Counted from the stretch's first letter, positions 12,001 to 18,952 are shown. The stretch: DNA of 27,742 nucleotides from a virus (IMGVR_UViG_3300017818_000082:1-27742), one strand, 5' to 3'. Notes: generated from the letters alone by a model not told the origin. A program made the numbers and translations.

Positions 12001-12429
12001 GTTTACAAACTTATCCCAATCAATATGTGGATTCCAAGGATGATAGTCTTGAGAATAAAGAGAACTATGATTTCTAACATCGCCGCCAAATACAGAAATT
12101 TGGTTTGTTATGTCATTATAGTCTTTATAGAAAGTAACATTATCTAATTCGTCTTTGATAACCATTGCTGGTTCAAACTGATAATTTTCTCTTTGCTTGC
12201 TTACATCGCCTGTATAGTTGTCTCCTGCAAGAAATGCTTTTGCATTTTTTCTTCCAAAATAAGAATTAAGTTTTTCAGCAACACCCGGCTGTATTAATTG
12301 GTCCATTGTTGCTTGTAAAAAGTTTACATTTGCGGTTGTTCTAAAATAGCGAGGTAATAAGTCTGAGCTACGTCTTCTCTCTTCGCCGTCGCCTGGCAAA
12401 GGAACGTCATTTTGGTTTTCTATAGCCAT
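1..12429 (-). CDS. Giant virion structural / baseplate wedge protein (gp7-like), >4143 aa, 3' end beyond the window
   Basis: ATG at 12429-12427 overlaps the gp6 stop (TAATG); SD GGAGGT at 12446-12441. Many segments translated by hand are open and in the same frame: MAIENQNDVPLPGDGEERRRSSDLLPRYFRT..., IDWDKFVNFREYYWLP, PGFWRGVY..DTDRPHSHPWEMLG (~8840-8930), FYQGMIADKGT (6891-6859, gp7/P2 gpI-like KGT motif), ...YEAYIEEAKPY at position 1. An internal stop would have put this ORF in the supplied track, so its absence implies it is open to the edge. It lies directly downstream of gp6, the gp7 position. Confidence 0.9.
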   Translation of the reverse strand, partial: MAIENQNDVPLPGDGEERRRSSDLLPRYFRTTANVNFLQATMDQLIQPGVAEKLNSYFGRKNAKAFLAGDNYTGDVSKQRENYQFEPAMVIKDELDNVTFYKDYNDITNQISVFGGDVRNHSSLYSQDYHPWNPHIDWDKFVNFREYYWLPTGPQVVDVLGQEQGIQSTYKVTLADQGDNVSYIFTPDGLTANPKLTLYRGQTYRFEINTPGHPMAIALSRSFTPGNSVITATREGVRGEGLFDASLFGDSYDVGEFIILPQEGGIEVGDDINTSELYPDGITKFDEEGIEIANVYVEEGTIEFTIPLNSPDYLFYISKNDLQTSGQIRIYDIEENTAINVEAEILGKKEYTSSNGIKFTNGLKVQFSGKVTPEKYAEGSYYVEGVGDEIKLVRDRDLILPSAYSTDQPVLFDSEGFDRLPFANQSSYAGEKDYIVINRASPDKNPWARYNRWFHKDVIQYAAEVNGQVSNVDQSARAKRPIIEFEAGLKLFNNGVFAKNDIDLIDDYTEDVFSTIEGQLGYNVDGIALADGMRVLFTADKDILVNGKIYEVKYITVGNRRQLTLQEAVDTLPQELETVLITKGDKYAGTLFHYTGTEWKKSQEKTSTNIEPKFDLFDSKGNSFGDQLVYEANNFTGTKLFSYARGDGTVDNELGFSLTYQSIENSGDIVFDFNLLTDSFVYQDEEGFYTVSTDTAFLKKYNANRSYVYENSWTNEPVKMQQKIIRQYISTIGQSNNFEVDVVDNAANIQDLRVAVYVNKKLKFDLVDYELDRFNSRLFVRFYNELAEDDVVELRIKTKTTKNDNGYYEFPYNLERNPKNQDITQFTLGEVIDHVDSMIEDIIPFVGGYPGPSNLRDIKNINKFGKRFVKHTAPMNLAGYHLTSKEFNVINAIKNSKNDYAKFKRQFLQIAETLGYDGPIREHVNKILSELNKDKTPSMPYYFSDMVPIGANNVLTFEVLDPRNPYYALTQPFDPKELTNKSVQVYLNGNLLLITEDYTFDENGFVLVDAGQRIGDTIEVIEWESTDGAYIPPTPTKLGLYPVYKPEIFVDDTYLEPTKVIQGHDGSIVVAFDDFRDQLLLELERRIFNNIKLGYNKEIFDLTDYLPGTYRDTGIQLESLNNALLSDFVEWQQLVDSDYTENEFYSRDNQLTFNYSQMNDPEGNLLPGFWRGVYRKAYDTDRPHSHPWEMLGITIKPDWWDSTYGKAPYTLDNLILWEDLSEGLIKEPGNIRRDWRYARPNLLKNIPVDKNGKIRSPLSSNYAKNYIARNTRNKFAFGDVSPTESAWRRSSEYPFAIIRALILTKPNEIFGKAFDLSRIVKNIAGQKVYKDTGKFIELNKLTFANSYNRAERKITSGLVNYVFNYISANVDSVYSEYKNQLTTLTNQMGFKIGGFSDKSKFKLLLDSRTPYNQGNVFVPEENYKIFFNTSSPVANQIYSAVTVEKVTGGYRVRGYAFENPYFPYYQYIESNSDNVIIVGGVSETFQTWSPDTRFLQGVVIENAGIYYRTTSAFTSGAVFTLENLAKLPELPTTGGRRAIIRKTFRKVEKRINYGTQLRTSQEVVDFLLGYGQYLEDQGFVFDTYNNTTTDLDDWKYACKEFLFWTTQNWAAGTAISLSPAANVLQFRTDYAVVDNLFDNFYSYSILDADARQIDKSFDHTIRQQNSFGLVLKNTDQGIYQAQLPLVQKEHVCLLDNQTQFGDVIYQPSTGYRQERIKVLGYRSDNWTGGLDIPGFVYDDIDITVWEPYKDYTIGDLVKHKEFYYVALYNIPGEETFNNNVWQRLAEKPESQLMVNFDYKINQFADFYDLDSDNFDIGQQKLAQHLIGYQPRNYLANIVNDDVSQFKFYQGMIADKGTLNSLTKLFDALNSADKDSLEFFEEWAIELGQYGATDKYKDVDFILDEEKFRINPQPIELVDIKDASRIDNVIEIQPYEVYSKADDYQSKIFPKVADVKEFIKSAGYVRVEDIKYRIQDKDEFLDVTTDQVIIGDYVWVTDDNQSWNVYQLVDTPYNALSIVVEDEGADAIEASSSPFARVTLSKYVSNDLEVGDVVGVYNAGAIGLDYFCYVAEIDAKDIVLELPEGLEITPTEEEVNLLVAKFRSVRVSNTQELNTLIETYKSPNQKIWIDKLGESWSVIQNSQNYFEQQVLFNPTPISENYEKYGTSIAVSDDNRNFAAAAPDDNDGKVHLYKRSIETNNLVLGQSLVPPDDIRITDVTLTLGVPVNLAVDEQIKQGSAIGTVVEQVNAGTEIKLGDVFGVFTTGNGDLIKINGGVETSLGAGTEPVDVAVSQRAINFGKSVAVSPDGLYLAVGVPNAEEIKTRYKGDFDPFVNYGKNDIINFRESLYKANREIIPASAATTYNTFNSYKDIASAPDADSTLITLLLTGNPGLSGKPTDHFLLRAPFEAYLATEPGDQVGVTWNRYSNSNPTLNAYFPWDGDSGALTYDVITDTHTIVEKIDLVLYVDTFINTPQVGDFITTPTGSGQLYYIGIQDDSCVMYLTRVNGVFDNTGTAYVNDRDSMGIYQILADNIIDGLGGFWYFNVYSDNEKTVPLTYLNGSTWLDTGTGVIYNDIKIASDNRQINEYFNLQNLISTIGSYTGQQDQAGQILNLTYWGDNGNLPVKQEFSTDLFAVRMSKEYQSKITDENGAVLLDPVTGDNIEVRLNLYDLNDYVIDTDAAGFTFEQLNKKHEVVEIWDGYIDFEFTEFIGDDPYEPLVGSIITDIQTPFDEFGGLSLIKRTTSRAEVVRYQRDGFSVRVFLRNIEGDWSQLNNIARYEIRREPDPVLFPGEPARVMGRISSVEQDIALGTDLIGGLLIFRNADGNLPLRRGAQLLPSWQYSKIVDEEYWFYDEELKLGADVPANYPDYYNRDYTQVYSVTVDDFGDVKYDNEGVISIFKSNGRSGYSYVNSFVSERAATNKEYGTKIKMVQDGLDYTLFVSSTGDTGQLEIIKHGVPKDKLENFFGEWGPINEFEAGTIVENNGEYYEARRFVPQEEIPIDVSNTTYWNRISWRYGKDGDYKGLFANDPFLDYSPGEIVKYADPDDDSTLKLYKAITRVDGTQPFNSRDWEVVTSGEDYLGYLPNNSGTLYENEFVFSPKWPLTQFAKNFDVSKDGKTLVVLNEHKVEVKVKAIDTDNDTIVLSDDSSTAWMSIGMPIRIRIPAAIDSAGAAAQVGLSEGVTYYVHSILNDKEFRIANNYFNDDAGGIDPTLNVDTPDSTWEYLALDEYGEGFYITDFTVSDTITSIGIYKLDGNKYMFKQIIEDTSSKDGIYHDIAISDDGKFLAISEPFNDSKNIDQGRVLVYKENAQGQFTDPVILYSPNNEQSELFGYNIDFSQNELVITSKNGDIVSPTTFDGTSLGNTETVTSFDSGFTTFNNININSGAVFVFENLNDEFVFAERFSYAGETETFGEILLINDNHTYVGMPRITKETYEGEIIDYRKPFNKSAWNIIREPVDTVDISKIEGAFLYNKETNTKLTDLDFVDIIQGKFPGVAEEEIDYKTPWDPARYNVTPIAGMFDEADPWGPSHVGEVWYDISRTKFINAYQGDSVHQVNNFNKLMPGYEVVVYEWVESDYIPSAWDDLSGTDAGIAVNVSGQSAYADAQYTQVINYDETTQTFGSKFYFWVRNKTDVPVNKSRILSVNDLARIISDPAGSGYRHLAIHAQDRFIVHNVDSFLNDKNVVLNVKWLNNENAEQNIHTQYQIMSDGLATSVLNEETERKWFDSLIGYDEQSRQVPDPNLPVKLKYGNRFSPRQGMFVNKTEALKQVIERINLVLIEKLIVDDFNLSPLTSAQVKPSKFTNLYDYEIDTLEELRFIGTSKVTQAQLTPIVSNGKITRVEIIDAGRGYKDINFDPETDTVRKGPTVEIVGQGSGAELQTYINNLGQVTSVEIISQGENYTDTTRLIVRRLSVLVNADSSVYGKWSIYDWDNTSSEWFRKRVQEFDTKLFWDYADWYADGYNAFTDINDKLEGTYQLYGLDNNLGDIVKINSVGSGGWLLLRKIDNQDTEDFTINYETVGRQNGTIQFKESLYDLLNNSIGFDTRSFDSYFYDNQPIKELRIILDTIRDNIFVDELAVEYNKLWFASLRYVFSEQSYVDWAFKTSFVKAKHNLGILEQDITFNNDTLPSYEAYIEEAKPY

Positions 12430-15400
12430 TAGTAACTATAACCTCCACTGTTTGAACTGCTGCTTGAACTGCTGCTTGAAATGCTGCTTGAACTGCTGCT
12501 TGTTGCTCCTGTATTAACAGATGCACTCTGCACACCTACTGTAGTAGGTATTGTGCTTGTAACAACTTTTCCAGATGCTTTTAGTTTAGTTGATGTAATT
12601 TCATCAATAATTTCTATGTCTTTAACTGTAGCGCCATTAATAAATATTTCATTATTTTCAGAATTAATTTGGAACAAACTACCGAAAGATTGATCTGATT
12701 GTTTAGGAACAATTAAGAAACTAACAATATCTGGACTCATAGAATTCATTACGTAAGAACTTAATTCTTGGAAAAAGAAAGTATCTCCAAAGTCCCAATT
12801 TTCTGTTGAGAAAAATCTATTCATGTACCCAATGATTCTAGATTTTACATCGTTATCATTTAAAACTAAATCAGGATTTTTTACTACTTTAAAAGTAACT
12901 TGTAAATCGGGCAAGGCTTTTGATCCAAATAACACTTTATACTTAACCGGATGATATATAATTTCATCACTAATTGATTTAATAGCATTAAGTTTACTAC
13001 CATACTGTCTATACAATTCGTCACTGCTCGGCGGCTTAGGCATAGAAGCTAGTTCGTTTGCCAAGTAAAGTCTAAATTGTGTATCATAGTTTTTACTTAA
13101 AATAAATGTATCTATAATATTACTTAAACTTGGATCTATTCTTGTTTCACTATCCGCTACGTGCAAATAATTAAATTTTAAACCGTCTCTACCAATATAA
13201 GCTCTATAATTTGATACAGTTGTAAGACTATTCGCAGTAGAATTAAATTCTTTAAAAACACCTTCTTCTGTTAAGTAGAATATTTTACCGTCATTGTTAG
13301 CAGTCCTTTCAACTGCTGATTCATCAGTAACTTTAATGATGTCAGCATTTGAATTATTAAAATACTTAAAGTCTTCCACACCGTCCGAAGTTGTATATAT
13401 TTTTTGGAAGATGTATTCTTCCTGGTTTACAATTTCTTCAAACATTTCAGGGTCATCAAAAACACCGTCATCGTCTTTATCATAAAATGTTATTTCTAAC
13501 TTTCTTGTATCTCTATATCCTGCAGAATCTCTAAATTCTTTTACTGCGCTCCATGTAAAATCTCTAGTAAAAGGTCTTCCAGATCCGTCAGGTAATGTGT
13601 TTATAGATAACACATCAATTTTATCTTTTAAAACTTTACCTGTTCTAGGATTAAACACTTTACTAGACTTGTCAAAGTAAAACTTAATTTCATCTGCACT
13701 TTCGAATACATACCTAAGATTGCGATATGTAATTGTATATGTTTCGCCGTTTGTTTTAAAATAAACTAACCAACTAGCATCTAGTTGCTGACCGCTTGTA
13801 TCACCAGCTTTGCCTGTGCTAAATGCTCCTGTAGAGTTAATGTTATCAGCTGTTATAAGTTTCCATTGTCTAGCTGCATCGTCATATCTAATAGCATAAT
13901 CATTATAAGCAAATGTTTGATCTATGATTTGTGTTTTTAAATCGTCTAACAAAACTGTTGCTAGTTTAGGCTTAACTTGAGTTAATATAGGTTTAATATT
14001 TGGATTATCTGATGTTGGTAGAATATCGTTTAAAATAATATCACCTATACCATTTGTTTCACCTGTGCCGTCTCCATTGGCAGTTACAACTTTTACCCAT
14101 TTATATGTTGTAGCGTTTGGATGATCTGCATTGCCTTCCATAATAGAATTTGAACTATCGAGCATAAAATGATAACCTTCTGGTGGTTCAAATCTCAGCA
14201 TTGTTCCAGATTCAATCAGTCTTAGGCTGTTACTAGTAAACTGTCCAACTTTCAAATTAACGCCGTCTTGGTCTGTTAAGTTACCTGTGTCAGCGTTTGT
14301 TTGAGTAGAAACCGATGTCCAAGATGCATTAAGATCTGTAACGATGTTTTCTGGAAATTTTGCCCAGTAAAAATTCTTTATATTTGTTGCTTTAAGTAAA
14401 GGTTGAATTTTATTATAAATTATACCCTCAACATCGCTTTGTGTAACAAATGTAAAATCAGATCTTTCAGTAAACTCTTGTTGATATATAACACCGTCTG
14501 TGCCAAATAAGTTTGTATTACTATATTTTCCTGTTGTATCTTTAAGATCTAAGTATCTACTAATTCCGCTGCTTACTCTATTTACAGCCTTTGTTTTTAT
14601 AATATCTTGACTAACACCTAGAGGAGCAACATTATAATCTTCAGCTGTAATCATTCTATTTTGAGTATAATATGTAGCAGGAGCATTAGTTTTAATACTT
14701 GCATTCGACTCACTTTGCGCTGCATTAGTAACTGTATACTTCAAACTCATTGTGATAGTAAGAGTCTCATTAGTATTTTTTCTACTAATATAAGGAATTT
14801 CAATACTAATATTATTCATTCCAGCTGGGCTAACAGTAATATTTCTATTTGCACTAACTCTATAGTATGATCTAAATCCGCCTGCAGGTAAGTTACCAAA
14901 TACACCATCGCTGAATATTAAGTTCACCCTGTCTCCAACTCTTGTAGAAACTGCGTAAACATTTCTAATATTTTTATTAAGGCTGTTATAAATGATATTA
15001 TTACCTTCTACAGCATCTAACTTTGTCCATAATTCTGACTCAAATCCGTTTGAGTCTATACTGTATACCCATACATCACTGTTATTAATGTTTTGAACAT
15101 CAATAGCAATGTTTTGATTTGGTGTAGGGTTACTTACAGAAAAATCACCTGTCTGCAATGCGCCTTGTCTAAAGTGCATAAAAAAGCCAGTATTGCTACT
15201 TCCTGATCCGCGACCGTCATCTCTGAATATAAATGCAGGATTATTTCCAGGCAGCGGCGGCTCTTCTAAAATTTCGCCTGCTTGTACATCTGTACTAACT
15301 ACTTCAAATTGTACTGTAGAACCTTCTACAGTTTTACTAAACTTAAATCTTGGAATATCTGTGTTAAGAGCATTTAATCTGTATTGCTCTGTAGGAATGC

Positions 15401-15941
15401 CTGCTACATTATCAGACTTTACTGGATTTCCTATTCCGTTATCAGGAGGAAGTGCAGCATTTAAAACTTGTGTAAATTGTTCAAACCAAGAGCTGCTGCT
15501 TGCATCGTTCCAATTAATTGTAATTCCTGATAAATTAGTTCCGGAACTGTCTATCAATGTTTCTGTTGTTTTGATAGAGTCAAACTTTAATAGTCCGTTT
15601 GCTGCTTGGTTTCTTTTTGGATTGTAAGATATAAGTCTAGCAAGACGTAGAACACTTTCTCTGCGCTCTGCTGTTTCTAAAAAGTTTTCTCTTGCATTAA
15701 GATCTGTTCTAAATGACAGATTTTGCCCAAGGAATGCAATCATGTCAATTAGTGCAAGATATTCTGAACTTTCAATGTAATCGTTAAAATCTTCGGGATA
15801 ATTTTCACGCAAATAATTAATCAAAGTTCTGCGTAAACTATCAAAGTCATAACTTTGAAAATCTGCATTTCTGTAAGATTGGTAAATTCTTTTCCAATCT
15901 TCTGTTACTAATAATCTGTTCTGTCTATCTGTAGATGACAT
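12429..15941 (-). CDS. gp6: Baseplate wedge subunit, T4 gp6 / Baseplate-J-like (1170 aa)
   Basis: N-terminal DFDSLRRTLINYLR..DFNDYIESSEY..RESVLRLARLISYNPKR; ESNASIKTNAPATYYTQNRMITAEDY (gp6/J-family RxVTxxDY motif); follows gp25; SD AAGGA upstream. Confidence 0.9.
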   Translation of the reverse strand: MSSTDRQNRLLVTEDWKRIYQSYRNADFQSYDFDSLRRTLINYLRENYPEDFNDYIESSEYLALIDMIAFLGQNLSFRTDLNARENFLETAERRESVLRLARLISYNPKRNQAANGLLKFDSIKTTETLIDSSGTNLSGITINWNDASSSSWFEQFTQVLNAALPPDNGIGNPVKSDNVAGIPTEQYRLNALNTDIPRFKFSKTVEGSTVQFEVVSTDVQAGEILEEPPLPGNNPAFIFRDDGRGSGSSNTGFFMHFRQGALQTGDFSVSNPTPNQNIAIDVQNINNSDVWVYSIDSNGFESELWTKLDAVEGNNIIYNSLNKNIRNVYAVSTRVGDRVNLIFSDGVFGNLPAGGFRSYYRVSANRNITVSPAGMNNISIEIPYISRKNTNETLTITMSLKYTVTNAAQSESNASIKTNAPATYYTQNRMITAEDYNVAPLGVSQDIIKTKAVNRVSSGISRYLDLKDTTGKYSNTNLFGTDGVIYQQEFTERSDFTFVTQSDVEGIIYNKIQPLLKATNIKNFYWAKFPENIVTDLNASWTSVSTQTNADTGNLTDQDGVNLKVGQFTSNSLRLIESGTMLRFEPPEGYHFMLDSSNSIMEGNADHPNATTYKWVKVVTANGDGTGETNGIGDIILNDILPTSDNPNIKPILTQVKPKLATVLLDDLKTQIIDQTFAYNDYAIRYDDAARQWKLITADNINSTGAFSTGKAGDTSGQQLDASWLVYFKTNGETYTITYRNLRYVFESADEIKFYFDKSSKVFNPRTGKVLKDKIDVLSINTLPDGSGRPFTRDFTWSAVKEFRDSAGYRDTRKLEITFYDKDDDGVFDDPEMFEEIVNQEEYIFQKIYTTSDGVEDFKYFNNSNADIIKVTDESAVERTANNDGKIFYLTEEGVFKEFNSTANSLTTVSNYRAYIGRDGLKFNYLHVADSETRIDPSLSNIIDTFILSKNYDTQFRLYLANELASMPKPPSSDELYRQYGSKLNAIKSISDEIIYHPVKYKVLFGSKALPDLQVTFKVVKNPDLVLNDNDVKSRIIGYMNRFFSTENWDFGDTFFFQELSSYVMNSMSPDIVSFLIVPKQSDQSFGSLFQINSENNEIFINGATVKDIEIIDEITSTKLKASGKVVTSTIPTTVGVQSASVNTGATSSSSSSISSSSSSSSSNSGGYSY
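12441..12446 (-). promoter_or_regulatory. Shine-Dalgarno GGAGGT for the giant gene, embedded in the Gly-Gly codons of the gp6 C-terminus
   Basis: Minus strand reads GGAGGT-TATAGTTACTA-ATG (11-nt spacer). Confidence 0.65.
12452..12502. repeat. 12-bp tandem repeat (TTGAACTGCTGC) x4 encoding the poly-Ser tail of gp6
   Basis: Units at 12452, 12464, 12476 (one mismatch, TTGAAATGCTGC) and 12488, plus a partial TTG. Confidence 0.9.
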
Positions 15942-15963
15942 GGCTATTCCTTGTTTGTTATAA

Positions 15964-15971
15964 TATTTATC
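15964..15971 (-). promoter_or_regulatory. Putative T4-like late promoter GATAAATA upstream of gp6
   Basis: Matches the TAAATA core of T4 TATAAATA; sits in the gp25-gp6 intergenic gap 22 nt before the ATG; cognate gp55 is encoded in the window. Confidence 0.7.
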
Positions 15972-15992
15972 GTATCGGATAAAGTGCTACTA

Positions 15993-16436
15993 TTATACTA
16001 GGCCAGCTGCTTGGTCAAATCTAAAGCGTAGTGTTTCGGCAATACTATAAGGAACATATACAAGATCCGCTTCTATTTGTATTCCTGATTCATAAGGTAT
16101 TACATTTATAGTATTAACACTTACTCTAGGATCATAGTTTATGATTTCCGTAACATTTTGTATTATCGCTTCTTTTACATCTTCTGTAAAAGGCTCAAAT
16201 AATACATCCCAGATTATAGTACCAAATTCAGGGTCTGATATTTTCTCTCCTTGGCGTATGTGAAAATGATTTATGATATCTTGTTTTATAAGTTCAAGAT
16301 CAAACAATGCATAAGAATCCCTATTAATGTCTACAGTAGAAAATCCTCTGTAAGACTTTCCTTGCGAACTAGTTTTAGGAACCGCTGCATTTTTTACTGT
16401 AACTCTTTTGTAAAGATTTTTTTCTATTGTGCTCAT
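15993..16436 (-). CDS. gp25: Baseplate wedge / sheath-initiator protein, gp25 (GPW_gp25 family), 147 aa
   Basis: LIKQDIINHFHIRQGEKISDPEFGTIIWDVLFEP...YDPRV matches the gp25 pattern (GERxxxPxFG...EPR); located between gp5 and gp6. Confidence 0.92.
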   Translation of the reverse strand: MSTIEKNLYKRVTVKNAAVPKTSSQGKSYRGFSTVDINRDSYALFDLELIKQDIINHFHIRQGEKISDPEFGTIIWDVLFEPFTEDVKEAIIQNVTEIINYDPRVSVNTINVIPYESGIQIEADLVYVPYSIAETLRFRFDQAAGLV

Positions 16437-16440
16437 AACG

Positions 16441-16448
16441 TATTTACC
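16441..16448 (-). promoter_or_regulatory. Putative late promoter GGTAAATA immediately upstream of gp25
   Basis: Minus strand TAA-GGTAAATA-CGTT-ATG; the TAAATA core fills most of the 12-nt gp5-gp25 gap. Confidence 0.6.
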
Positions 16449-18950
16449 TTATACAATTGCCGTGCCGCGCTTGATTGCAGCGGTTCCTAGTGCATAGTAT
16501 TCATCACCTGTGGTACCGTAAGCATCTGCTTGTCCTCGTTTACCGTTACGCCAATTCTTCATAGCACTTGCACCCAACAAGTGCGATCCTGCTAACATGC
16601 CTGCAATAACTTCGTTACTATCTCCTGTTCTTACACCACCGTTTCTTTTTAAGTAAGATAAGTTTTTATTTGTGTAAGCAATCATACCAATTTCTTGGCA
16701 GTTATTTTTATTATTCAGCCAGTCTTCTTTGTTGTTTACTCCGTTTTTACCGGTCCATGCATTTGGATTATCAAGTGTCGAATTCCTATTACTAGATCCT
16801 AAAATAATATAACCAGCCTCTTGAAGTGCAGCAGAACCAAATTGGTATTTTCCGGAAAATCCTATAGTGTTAACAACATCATATTTGTTGCCGCTTTCTC
16901 TTTGTCCTATAGCACTCATATAGTTTGCTGTTTCTGCTTTGGTAAATCCATCAATTGTACCTGGAACATCATTCGGTCCTAATACCGGAGCAGTAAGTTT
17001 TCCTGGTCTTTGTAAACTACTGTCTTTAGTTCTGTCCGCACTAGGTGATTTAGGATCTCTTGAAGGTTGTGTAACAAATCCTCTAGCAGACTGATTCCCT
17101 GTACTAGATATTGCAGGATTTCCGGCAGCAGGAGGATTGTTAGCATTTTTCCTAAATGTGTCAGGAGTTTGAGCAGGTTGCCCGTTAATAATCTGTCCTG
17201 GACTCTCTCTATCTAATACTTCAGTTTTAAATGATTGTGGGTTTTGGTTTTCATGATGAGGCCAAGGTTCATGTTGTGGCGCTCTTGTTAGAATAGTGTT
17301 GTATGTTCCAGGATCTGGTATTCCTGGAGTTATTTGCGGTAATGTTATTTCTGGTAAAAGAACTACAGGCACAGGAACTTCAGCAGGGTCAGCAACTGTA
17401 CCTTTTGTTGCATCAGCTGTTAACCCACTATTCCAATGTATTTCTCCAGCATCGCCTGTAAGAACTCCTGCAGGTTTTAAATTTATATTAGTTGCTGCTT
17501 GCCAATAACCACTTTGTGCGGTTGTCATATGTATTGAGCCCTCAGCATCATGATGCATACTACTTTTTGATGTTACATTCCAAGTATCGTTAGTGCCTAT
17601 TTTTATTGCTGCTGATGAAAACCAGTTTGATTCTGCATCTACATCTATATGTAAATTATCGCCAACTTTTAAATGTGTAGTTGTACCCGATTCTGTCTTA
17701 ATCGAATCTCCAACTAGTGTTTGTAAACTATTTCCAACAGTAATTTTTCCTTCAGCACCTACATCTAAATTAAAATTATGTTTTGCTTCAAATTGTATCC
17801 TACCTGATTCAAGCTGTCTGCCGTCTGTGTTTGAACCATTAGAATACCTTGCACTAGCTTTCATGTTTATATTTCTGCCCGCTTCAACATTAAAATCTCT
17901 AAAAGCAGTTAAGTTAATATCAACTTCTGAATTTATACTAATGCTATCGTTTGCAAAAATATCAATTTTTCCGTCACTGGTCATTTCTAACCAAGCTGTT
18001 CCTCTACTATTACCAATATAAATTAAATCTTCTGAATTGTGTAAAAGTATTTGATGACCTGTTCTTGTACGCAAACGTATAAGTTCATTATGTGGTATAG
18101 TTTCGTCGCCGCCTGCTTCGCCTGCTTCAGCATTTGCATAAAAAGGTGGAGCTTCTTCTGCATGACCTTTCCTTAATAGTTTATCATCGCCGTCGTCGAA
18201 AACAAGACTACTTCCGCCAAGACGACTTGCATAATATCCAACATTATGTTGCTCAGTACCTTGGGTCAGTGTAGGTGCGCCAGCTCTTTTATCTAAAGGA
18301 CCCGGAGTACTAATACCAAAAACTGCACTCGGAACTTCTCGTCTAGCACTTGTAGTTGTAGTACCTCTTATTTCGTCTGCAATAAGCCCTTGTACTTCTA
18401 ATACTTGTGTAAAATCTTTGTTATAAGGTTTATTAAATCTAGTAGGATCTTTTCCTGCACCTTCTTCTATACGCTTGTTATATTCTCCTACAGGTAATTT
18501 AAATCCTTGTAAGTTACTAGGAGTAGCACCTGTGGTTAAGTTTGTGCTTGCCCTTCCATCAGGAACCATAAAATTCATATTTTCGTCTTGTATACATCCG
18601 ATCCAATAACCATACCTACTATTATCTTCTGTAAATATTACTAGAACCCTTGTTCCTACATCAGGCGGAACAGCCCAAAATCCGTAACTTTTTTGTGTAT
18701 ATTCATATCCGTCATTTGCTGTAGTTCCGCCGGTTGACGTTACACCGTAAAAAGGTGACAAATATTTACAAGTAACTAATTGCCCAGTTCTTTCTGGGTT
18801 ATTACCCGATGTTGCTTTTAATAGTTCTACTTCTAATGTACCCATATTGAAAGGATCAAGATGATTTACAACAATTGCTTCATAAGGACCACCGGCTTTA
18901 GGTGGTCCTGCACTTACTACTGTTCTTGATAACGTGTTAGGTCTTGCCAT
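16449..18950 (-). CDS. gp5: Baseplate central spike, gp5/VgrG-like (OB-fold + beta-helix), with C-terminal lysozyme-fold (lytic transglycosylase-like) domain, 833 aa
   Basis: N-terminal OB-fold pattern (AIVVNHLDP..MGTLEV...SYGFWAVPPDVGTRVLVIF...YWIGC); LRTRTGHQILL and beta-helical repeats at aa ~290-510; RAPQHEPWPHHEN (17285-17247); C-terminal QRESGNKYDVVNTIGFSGKYQFG...LAGSHLLG...DAYGT; adjacent to gp25. Confidence 0.85.
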   Translation of the reverse strand: MARPNTLSRTVVSAGPPKAGGPYEAIVVNHLDPFNMGTLEVELLKATSGNNPERTGQLVTCKYLSPFYGVTSTGGTTANDGYEYTQKSYGFWAVPPDVGTRVLVIFTEDNSRYGYWIGCIQDENMNFMVPDGRASTNLTTGATPSNLQGFKLPVGEYNKRIEEGAGKDPTRFNKPYNKDFTQVLEVQGLIADEIRGTTTTSARREVPSAVFGISTPGPLDKRAGAPTLTQGTEQHNVGYYASRLGGSSLVFDDGDDKLLRKGHAEEAPPFYANAEAGEAGGDETIPHNELIRLRTRTGHQILLHNSEDLIYIGNSRGTAWLEMTSDGKIDIFANDSISINSEVDINLTAFRDFNVEAGRNINMKASARYSNGSNTDGRQLESGRIQFEAKHNFNLDVGAEGKITVGNSLQTLVGDSIKTESGTTTHLKVGDNLHIDVDAESNWFSSAAIKIGTNDTWNVTSKSSMHHDAEGSIHMTTAQSGYWQAATNINLKPAGVLTGDAGEIHWNSGLTADATKGTVADPAEVPVPVVLLPEITLPQITPGIPDPGTYNTILTRAPQHEPWPHHENQNPQSFKTEVLDRESPGQIINGQPAQTPDTFRKNANNPPAAGNPAISSTGNQSARGFVTQPSRDPKSPSADRTKDSSLQRPGKLTAPVLGPNDVPGTIDGFTKAETANYMSAIGQRESGNKYDVVNTIGFSGKYQFGSAALQEAGYIILGSSNRNSTLDNPNAWTGKNGVNNKEDWLNNKNNCQEIGMIAYTNKNLSYLKRNGGVRTGDSNEVIAGMLAGSHLLGASAMKNWRNGKRGQADAYGTTGDEYYALGTAAIKRGTAIV

Positions 18951-18952
18951 TA

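Noticed and set aside
15966-15983. Inverted repeat TTTATC-N6-GATAAA between gp25 and gp6 as a terminator
   Set aside because: The 6-bp AT-rich stem is weak, lacks a convincing U-tract, and overlaps the late-promoter motif.
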